A stretch of DNA of 64,000 nucleotides. Source: a virus (lineage: Duplodnaviria; Caudoviricetes). The position numbers and the translations under genes are program-made. Of this stretch, positions 57,409 to 64,000 are shown in pieces. The stretch is from the IMG/VR virus record IMGVR_UViG_3300027971_000001. One strand, given 5' to 3'. Under the pieces are notes generated by a model that was given only the letters and a program-made list of their open reading frames with translations, had not been told where the DNA came from and ran no database searches. The stretch's first letter is position 1. Each line of letters starts with the position of its first letter.

Positions 57409-58185
57409 TTAGACGTTAGAGAAGAAACTTGTATCTAGGTTCAAATCAACAGTTTGCTCACCTATTTTCTGGCTGGTTATATTATTTTCCAAATTCTTGA
57501 TATTTGCAATAAATCCGAGTATCTTTTGAACCAAAGAAGCCGTTAAACTTTCAACTGTCTTTATATTTTGAGCCACTGTTTGACTTTTAAGATCAATAAC
57601 AATCGGTTCTTTTTCTGTTAGTTCTATACTGGTTATATACTTGGCAATTTCCAGTATATAAATTTCACTAAGAAGCTTTTGAATCTTTGAATCATTTTCA
57701 AATTCTGCAGAACGATACTTCAGATAGGAATCCAAAGTCTTATTCTCATATTCAATTGTTGGTACCGAACAGTTAACTGTAATAGGACCTTGAGAAAAAG
57801 TTTCATTATATTTTACTTCAATATTTTTATCAAAATTATCCAATATGGTTTGAAGATTTACCTCGATATTTTGACCATCCTTTTCAATCTTTTGATTAGG
57901 ACCAAAAGAATGAACACGCAATGCCAATACAATCAATGCCCGGTCACTAACAAGCATGTTTTTATCCTCACCATTATCCAAAAGAATGCTGTTTACTGCT
58001 TTAGGATACAAGAAAGCTGCCTTAGAACCTGATGCAGCAGCTTCAATCAGATCCTTTTGTTGCTTGGCAGTAAGCGGTGTGAACTTGCGAGTTTCTTTTT
58101 TGCTCAATACAAGACAATCCACCTTGTCTGAATTGGAATACTCTTTTAATTTACTTAAAACTTTATCTAAATTGACTTCTGCCAT
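57409..58185 (-). CDS. gp26-like baseplate hub assembly protein
   Basis: RKFTPLTAKQQKDLI, DRALIVLALRVHSFG and C-terminal LDTSFF; preferred start MAEVNL. Confidence 0.65.
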   Translation of the reverse strand: MAEVNLDKVLSKLKEYSNSDKVDCLVLSKKETRKFTPLTAKQQKDLIEAAASGSKAAFLYPKAVNSILLDNGEDKNMLVSDRALIVLALRVHSFGPNQKIEKDGQNIEVNLQTILDNFDKNIEVKYNETFSQGPITVNCSVPTIEYENKTLDSYLKYRSAEFENDSKIQKLLSEIYILEIAKYITSIELTEKEPIVIDLKSQTVAQNIKTVESLTASLVQKILGFIANIKNLENNITSQKIGEQTVDLNLDTSFFSNV

Positions 58186-58213
58186 AAAATTAATTAGCAA
58201 TCAAGCCTGTTTT

Positions 58214-59059
58214 TCAAGGGCTATTCTTTTTTTGCATCTCTTCTATTGTTTGTAATTCCTTTTTGTAAAGATTAAGATGCAATTCTGCTTCATTAATTGA
58301 CATATTTTGTAAATCGGATAGAGAAAAACGCAGTCTTCTTATCAAAATATACTCCAATTCATATATATTCATCAAATCATAGTTGAAAATGGCCAAAAGA
58401 TATTGAATTACAGACTCATTATATGGATTTAATGTTATATTTTTAAAATCTTTTATTTCAATATCTTCAAAAAGCTTAATTTGATCTAATAATTTTATTA
58501 TTTTTTGATTATATTTTAATATTTCACCGGAAAATGATGCATCCAACATGCTTAATATGTTTTGTTTATCGGAACTTTTTATATTTTTAAAATCTATTTG
58601 TTCATGATCCACCCTAAGATACTTTATATTACGAGAAATTACATCGAAATCCTCGTCAGATATCAAATTATAAGGAAGATCCACACAAAGTTCTATATTT
58701 TTATTATAAAAACATTCTTCTTGGCACTCTTTGATTGTACCGGAATAGTTTAGGATGCGATTTATACGATGTTTGTATGTTACAGGCTGATCTTTTTCAT
58801 TTTTTCCTGACAAAGTTATGGTATCACCATATGAATATGATCTTAATTGGCATAAAATAGCCAACATATCGATGATATTAAACCTTTTTTCGCCCTGAGA
58901 ATTGGCTTCTATGATGCTTTCCATGCATTTTGAAAACCCCAACACATCATTATTCTGTATGTATTTGCTGATGGTTTTGCTTGTGGAAAAGTCTATTTCC
59001 CGGAAATATTCGTATTTTCCAGTTGAAGGTATGAGCACCTTACAAAGAAAATTTTTCAT
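58214..59059 (-). CDS. Second gp26-like protein with gp51-like C-terminus
   Basis: DMLAILCQLRSYSYGDTI; terminal IYELEYILIRRLRFSLSDLQNMSINEAELHLNLY. Confidence 0.55.
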   Translation of the reverse strand: MKNFLCKVLIPSTGKYEYFREIDFSTSKTISKYIQNNDVLGFSKCMESIIEANSQGEKRFNIIDMLAILCQLRSYSYGDTITLSGKNEKDQPVTYKHRINRILNYSGTIKECQEECFYNKNIELCVDLPYNLISDEDFDVISRNIKYLRVDHEQIDFKNIKSSDKQNILSMLDASFSGEILKYNQKIIKLLDQIKLFEDIEIKDFKNITLNPYNESVIQYLLAIFNYDLMNIYELEYILIRRLRFSLSDLQNMSINEAELHLNLYKKELQTIEEMQKKNSP

Positions 59060-59062
59060 AGA

Positions 59063-59977
59063 TTAAAAGAAACCTTGGAAATTCGTAGGCAGATTGGCAG
59101 ATGTAAAGCTATTTCCATTTTGGAAAGGTGAAACATTCGGAATTGTTCCAGTACTGATTCGATTAATGATGTTTGGAAGCGGAATATACAGATTGGAATG
59201 CACAGTATAATTGGTATAAGTCCAATATGTGGCATATTTCTCATATTCAGTATCAGGAGAATAGGTTAAACTTTGGTCAACAAGTCCGGTTGGAACACAA
59301 TTATAGAATGTCCAAACTTTACGAGGTATTTGACTGACTTTTTGATAAGAACGTGTGTATTGAAGAATTGTTACAGTACATTTTATGTTGCGTATATCGT
59401 TATCACCACCAGGACGTGCCACAAAACCATAATGACTGGCCAATATTACCCATGGACGAATGACCATGTCCATAAAAGATGTGTTTGTTTCTCGAAATTC
59501 AATAACAAGAGGCAACCCAGAATACCCTGTTCGGTCACCAGCAATAAGACCTGGAACAAATCCTCGATTATTTTTGATTGCTAGATTCTGAACATCATAT
59601 TTTTCATTAGGAATATTAACTCCTTGAGCAAAAAGACAGCCCACCACCTTTTGGTAAAAGTAACTTGTTAATATTCCTTTTGGTTGAGAAACGTCCCAAC
59701 CTTTTTTGTCTCCGCCTACATATTCAAGATTTTGAATAATGTCGGATGAAATAGCCCTTGGATATGTATCTATCAAAACAACCCATTGACTGTTTAAAGG
59801 AATTGAACTGAACCAACTCTCCATTTGTGTCAGGAAATATTCCTGTGCACTGATAAGGGGAACACCTGGTATATTGAAACCGAAAAGACTGCTTACTTGT
59901 GGAGCAAAAAGAGGATTTGTGCCAGTGGCCAAACCACGAATATTACTTCCTAAACTGCGTATAGCATCTGTTACTGG
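59063..59977 (-). CDS. Tail-tube-like baseplate junction protein (gp54-like); start uncertain
   Basis: LVIEFRET, IRPW and WTFYNCVP resemble tube-fold proteins. Frame is open upstream of the TTG at 59932 to a TAA near 60007, with no ATG. Confidence 0.6.
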   Translation of the reverse strand, partial: PVTDAIRSLGSNIRGLATGTNPLFAPQVSSLFGFNIPGVPLISAQEYFLTQMESWFSSIPLNSQWVVLIDTYPRAISSDIIQNLEYVGGDKKGWDVSQPKGILTSYFYQKVVGCLFAQGVNIPNEKYDVQNLAIKNNRGFVPGLIAGDRTGYSGLPLVIEFRETNTSFMDMVIRPWVILASHYGFVARPGGDNDIRNIKCTVTILQYTRSYQKVSQIPRKVWTFYNCVPTGLVDQSLTYSPDTEYEKYATYWTYTNYTVHSNLYIPLPNIINRISTGTIPNVSPFQNGNSFTSANLPTNFQGFF

Positions 59978-59995
59978 ATTATTGATATGATTATC

Positions 59996-60016
59996 CTCCT
60001 CTAATATTTAGAGGAG
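59996..60016 (-). promoter_or_regulatory. 9-bp hairpin containing TAAATA and sequestering a GGAG(G) SD-like sequence
   Basis: CTCCTCTAA-TAT-TTAGAGGAG; the minus strand reads CTCCTCTAAATATTAGAGGAGG. Confidence 0.7.
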
Positions 60017-60020
60017 TATA

Positions 60021-60572
60021 TTAACTTTGATAGGTTCTGCGGAAATATTGATAAGCAACAGTGACTGTGAATGTTACGAATTCACCACCATTGGTAATAT
60101 CATATTCCAGAGGTCCAACATTACGAGGAGAAACACCGACCAACTGATATTGCGAAACGCGATTCAATTGGTTGTCTAATTGAACCAAATCAATGACGGC
60201 TGTTTGCTTGGCGGCAAAATAGTTACCAGTGCTTGTGACATCATCAAAAACATCTCGTGTCCAATCTTCAAACTTTTGACGAAGATTGCTCTTTTGATCG
60301 CAATAAAATTCCATTGCATAAGCTTCGGAGCCAGGATATTTTGCACTACCAGGAATATGGAAATCCAATCCCATGTAAGGAACTGTTACTTCAGTGATTT
60401 CACGGGCAGGAAGTGAAGCGGTACGAACATAAACCAAATCATCTTCGTTCCAAACTTGGCTGCTTGAGTCACCCGCATTAATATTAATAACACGGAAATT
60501 AAATTTACGTGAAAAATCACGTTCAGTTACTATACGGTAAAAATTCTGAATTGTTTGTTGTGTGGCTGCCAT
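60021..60572 (-). CDS. gp19: Tail tube protein
   Basis: RTASLPAREITEVTVPYMG...IPG, FEDW, VDLVQLD, GPLEYD and FTVTVAYQYF. Confidence 0.9.
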   Translation of the reverse strand: MAATQQTIQNFYRIVTERDFSRKFNFRVININAGDSSSQVWNEDDLVYVRTASLPAREITEVTVPYMGLDFHIPGSAKYPGSEAYAMEFYCDQKSNLRQKFEDWTRDVFDDVTSTGNYFAAKQTAVIDLVQLDNQLNRVSQYQLVGVSPRNVGPLEYDITNGGEFVTFTVTVAYQYFRRTYQS

Positions 60573-60582
60573 ATATTATTAT

Positions 60583-60981
60583 TTATTCTAAAGTTAACAA
60601 ATACTTTAATTTATTTAGTTCTGCAACGATTTCTTCTACAATATTTTGTGCATCGGTGTCATTTGCATTTAAGATTGGACATTCTTTATTTGTTAAAATT
60701 CCTATATATTGATTTATTTTTGCCAAAATATTGTCATTAGAATATGGCTCTATAGTCAAATTTATGGGTTTATACTCGTAACTACGATAACGACCTAGTA
60801 AAGCTTCCACCAATTTATCAAAAGCTTTTGCTAAATCTTTTCCTATTTTATCAAACGCTTCGTGTTGGGCAAAGCTAAAAGTTTGCCAATGAAACAACTT
60901 TAACTGGGCACTGCATTCCAAAGCAAGAGTTATAATATATGAAGGATCGTAACTTTGTTGGATTTTAATTACTTTTATCAC
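60583..60981 (-). CDS. Ferritin-like four-helix protein (Dps-related, DUF5856-like)
   Basis: QLKLFHWQTFSFAQHEAFD...DKLVEALLGRY...EEIVAELNKLKYLLTL; GTG start 5 nt after TATAAATA. Confidence 0.8.
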   Translation of the reverse strand: MIKVIKIQQSYDPSYIITLALECSAQLKLFHWQTFSFAQHEAFDKIGKDLAKAFDKLVEALLGRYRSYEYKPINLTIEPYSNDNILAKINQYIGILTNKECPILNANDTDAQNIVEEIVAELNKLKYLLTLE

Positions 60982-60986
60982 GTTTA

Positions 60987-60994
60987 TATTTATA
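60987..60994 (-). promoter_or_regulatory. T4-type late promoter TATAAATA
   Basis: Abuts the gp18 terminator; 5 nt before GTG 60981. Confidence 0.75.
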
Positions 60995-60997
60995 ACA

Positions 60998-61028
60998 AAA
61001 CACCCCTCTTTCAATAAGAGGGGTGTTT
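60998..61028 (-). terminator. Intrinsic terminator after gp18
   Basis: 13-bp stem AAACACCCCTCTT/AAGAGGGGTGTTT with 5-nt loop, followed by TTGTT on the minus strand. Confidence 0.85.
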
Positions 61029-61048
61029 CATAATTTTATATATTATTA

Positions 61049-63412
61049 TTAGGATACCAATTCTTGGAAGTCCTGACCAGTTCGTGTGGCATAGAAGTTA
61101 ACCAAGATGAATTCTGCGGCACGTACAGGTTTGATGTAGATGTCCACAACCAGTTCATTTTGGTCGATCACATCAGGTGTATTGTTTCTTTCGTCGCATA
61201 TGATCAGATAGTCATATACACCTTGTGTGTTCTTGGCCAATTCGAATATCGGTGTAAGAACGTTTATTACTTGCGTTCTTGTGAACAGTGTATTCGGTTC
61301 GAACAAGAAGAACTTGATGGTATTCCTTGTCGCGACTTCCAGATACAAGAACAACCGGCGTACATTGATACGATCAAATGCGCTTGGTTTCTTTAACAAG
61401 GTCTTTTGACCGAAGATTACAAATCCTTCAGCAGGGAAGAATGCAACCGGATTCAAATTAACCTTATACAATTGATCACGATGTTTTTGTGTGGGATAGA
61501 TCGGAAGATCATTCACACCAAGCAATACGCCCCGAGTAAATCCGGCAGGAGCGAACCAAGGTTGGAAGTTATCGTCAGTATTTGCCATTGCAGCACCTGC
61601 AAATCCTGAGAAAGGAACCCATGTTTGCTTGCCTAGACCATCATCAAATACCCTAGGGAATGTGGCATATGTACATGCATAGCTTGTGTTCAGCAAGCTG
61701 TACAAGTGACGTAATGGCCAGTAAATGTGTTGATTAAAGTTCTTTGATGGATCATCAATAACTTTGCTATTTTCACCTTGAACAAAGATGTTACGGAGAG
61801 GATCTGCAATGAATAGATGATCTTTGCGAACATTCTGGGCAAAGTTTGTGAATACGCTTGCCACAGTATTGTAATTTTCGCGAATATCAAGAGCATTTCC
61901 ATTAAGACCTTCGTTATTAGTAATGAAGAATCCAGTCATATCAAGAGGAATAGTGTCATCGAACACGTCTGCACCGCTAAGAACATTCAGATTGTAACGG
62001 GCAGCTGAGAATATTGTTCCAAGACCACCTTCCAATGACAATGAAAGATTGTAAAGATCAGGATTTTCAAGCAATGTGAACACACGTTCCAGCTTTGTTG
62101 GAACGTTTCCGATTAATTTGGCAGTTGCAACTGTTGTATCGAAAGCACCGAAGCTATAAAGAGCGTCAATGCGACGAAGAGGACTTGCTACATTGTTGGC
62201 CAACCAACCCACAACTGCACTAGGAGCACCCACACGTGTTTCATATGTTGCATTTGTGTCAACAAATCCATCACTATTCAAAGGATTAGCCAGATTCGGA
62301 TTCAACATACGAACCTTCTTGTTGGGATTTCCTGCACTATTCAACCATGTTTGTGTATTACGATTGCTGATAAAAGGATTGATCAACAATGAAAGATTGG
62401 GACTATCATCTTCAACCGATCCTATAAAGAATGTTTGGGCTGGACCGCCGTTTTCGCTATTGATTTGACGGAAATAATCAAATGAACCCACATAACTTTC
62501 AGACAATAGATAATCTAAACTGATAACATCAGGGGCAAACACGCTTTGGCGGAGTTTGAACACACCAAGGATGATTGTATCATCAAACTGGCGTGTGCTG
62601 ATATCAAAAGTAGGAATATTTTCCATTACTTCACTAACACTGTTTCCAAGACCAAACTGTGTTGCGCTTAATGGGAAGTTCAAACGAGTACGAGGAACAT
62701 TCAGGAAGTTGTATGTGGATCCAGCTTTGGAATCAACACTGCGAACTTGACTGATACCATCGAATTGTGTGGCAGGATTCAAATTAGTGTTATCAATCGC
62801 TCCTACATAATATCCTTCATATTTTTGATTGATGCTGGTTTGAGCTTTGTTAAGAACAATCATTCCGGCATTGGCCAATTGTGTAAGTTTGCTGGCGCCT
62901 GTGCTGGTGAAGCTGAATTGTGTTGGTACATTTTTCCAACTTGAGAATGCATCACCATTAAGAATGCTTTGATATTCAGTTGCATTCAATTCAATCTGTG
63001 TGGGTTGACCGAAGAAATATGTGTTTGCACCAGAAAGACCAGTACCACCTGTGGCAGCAGTTCCTTCATATGCTCCATTATAACTGGTTACAGGATAAAC
63101 AAGAGCAGAGTAAGAATCTGTGAAACCTGCACCGCTTCCGCTACCATATGGCATACGGCTGACAAGCACTTCTGCTTGGCTTTGGAACATTGCTTTAACA
63201 GTGTGATAAAAATAACGTTCAGCCGCATTGGTGGGCTTGCCATAAATTTGTTCAAATTCGCTAAGACTTGAAGGTTGGATAATTTCATCCAAAGGACCTT
63301 GAGGTGCATAACCAGGTATTAAAACCGTTGTGGGAACATTAATTACTGGACGTAATGAAAGATCTATTTCGTTAATTTCAACACCAGGACTCTGAATTGT
63401 ACGCTTAGGCAT
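61049..63412 (-). CDS. gp18: Tail sheath protein
   Basis: SPGVEINEIDLS, WFAPAGFTRG, NPVAFFP.EG..IFGQKTL....SAFDRINVRRLF, FEPNT and IKPVRAAEFI. Confidence 0.97.
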   Translation of the reverse strand: MPKRTIQSPGVEINEIDLSLRPVINVPTTVLIPGYAPQGPLDEIIQPSSLSEFEQIYGKPTNAAERYFYHTVKAMFQSQAEVLVSRMPYGSGSGAGFTDSYSALVYPVTSYNGAYEGTAATGGTGLSGANTYFFGQPTQIELNATEYQSILNGDAFSSWKNVPTQFSFTSTGASKLTQLANAGMIVLNKAQTSINQKYEGYYVGAIDNTNLNPATQFDGISQVRSVDSKAGSTYNFLNVPRTRLNFPLSATQFGLGNSVSEVMENIPTFDISTRQFDDTIILGVFKLRQSVFAPDVISLDYLLSESYVGSFDYFRQINSENGGPAQTFFIGSVEDDSPNLSLLINPFISNRNTQTWLNSAGNPNKKVRMLNPNLANPLNSDGFVDTNATYETRVGAPSAVVGWLANNVASPLRRIDALYSFGAFDTTVATAKLIGNVPTKLERVFTLLENPDLYNLSLSLEGGLGTIFSAARYNLNVLSGADVFDDTIPLDMTGFFITNNEGLNGNALDIRENYNTVASVFTNFAQNVRKDHLFIADPLRNIFVQGENSKVIDDPSKNFNQHIYWPLRHLYSLLNTSYACTYATFPRVFDDGLGKQTWVPFSGFAGAAMANTDDNFQPWFAPAGFTRGVLLGVNDLPIYPTQKHRDQLYKVNLNPVAFFPAEGFVIFGQKTLLKKPSAFDRINVRRLFLYLEVATRNTIKFFLFEPNTLFTRTQVINVLTPIFELAKNTQGVYDYLIICDERNNTPDVIDQNELVVDIYIKPVRAAEFILVNFYATRTGQDFQELVS

Positions 63413-63418
63413 ATAAAT

Positions 63419-63426
63419 TATTTATA
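63419..63426 (-). promoter_or_regulatory. T4-type late promoter TATAAATA (gp18)
   Basis: 6 nt before ATG 63412. Confidence 0.75.
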
Positions 63427-63453
63427 TTTTTTGAGAATATTTTTTTCCTTTAT

Positions 63454-64000
63454 TTAGATCAAAGTAGCCTGAAACTGAAAGAAACTAAAGGTAAACGTAC
63501 TTTCGGCTTCACTGCTATCCCTATAATTGTAATTAATACCACCCAGTTCAACAGGTACTGCCCCTGAGTATTCAAACTTTATTTTGTTATTATTATATTC
63601 ATCCAAACCATAAACTGTTATGGTTGTACTATAATCGTTTAATTTAGGATCATCATTAGGGTTTCTAGCATTAGGAATACTAGCTTTATTGTCGTTAAGT
63701 GCTTTAAGCCAACTATATACAAACCAATAATTATTGTATAAATTATCCACTGTAAAATTAACTGCAACATTTCCATAGCTTGGACGGGCATAACTGGTCA
63801 CTTTCATGACTTGACCGGCATATTTGGTTTCCACTTCAGGAACACTCATTGTAGGAACCACAATTCCATAAACAGAAAATTGAAAACTTTCCAAATTAAC
63901 TTCACCATTATTTCGGGTATATTGATTCAAATAAGGACGCAAAATATTAGGAGGATTTACCACCATTATAAATTTGTCGCGACGTGTCTTGTTGAGCATC
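63454..64000 (-). CDS. Tail-tube-fold completion protein (gp3-like); start may lie outside the window
   Basis: VNFTVDNLYNNYWFVYSWL, KFEYSGAVPVELGGINYN and FTFSF; upstream of gp18. Confidence 0.65.
   Translation of the reverse strand, partial: MLNKTRRDKFIMVVNPPNILRPYLNQYTRNNGEVNLESFQFSVYGIVVPTMSVPEVETKYAGQVMKVTSYARPSYGNVAVNFTVDNLYNNYWFVYSWLKALNDNKASIPNARNPNDDPKLNDYSTTITVYGLDEYNNNKIKFEYSGAVPVELGGINYNYRDSSEAESTFTFSFFQFQATLI

Noticed and set aside
1-64000. Stop-codon reassignment, as in some large phages
   Set aside because: Core genes are full length under the standard code, and both TAA and TGA end genes with tidy ATGA/TAATG overlaps. No fragmentation at TAG was seen.

Overview
64 kb segment of a large, AT-rich T4-like (myovirus) phage genome; the host cannot be identified from this window. 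1-11.7 kb (mostly +) is a replication block: partial family-B polymerase, UvsX, gp41 helicase, DHH protein, gp32 and a probable gp45 clamp, plus a glycosyltransferase and an NRS/ER-type rhamnose-synthesis enzyme. 11.9-16.4 kb holds three paralogous beta-propeller proteins around a tail-fibre chaperone. 17.2-19.4 kb holds four unrelated peptidoglycan-hydrolase genes in tandem. 19.6-64 kb (mostly -) is morphogenesis: tail-collar fibre, gp5 spike, a CHAP-inside-3D lysin, gp23/22/21, gp4, gp13, large lectin/propeller/PKD virion proteins, baseplate and tail genes, gp19 and gp18. The strongest non-gene signals are regulatory. More than 20 genes have a T4-late TAAATA box 5-10 nt before the start codon, implying gene-by-gene leaderless late transcription. 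Four of five sigma70-like promoters have an inverted repeat around the -10 element. One tail gene has no ATG and sits behind an SD-sequestering hairpin. No tRNA, rRNA, CRISPR array, intron or mobile element was recognised. All family calls come from motif recognition by eye, not database searches.
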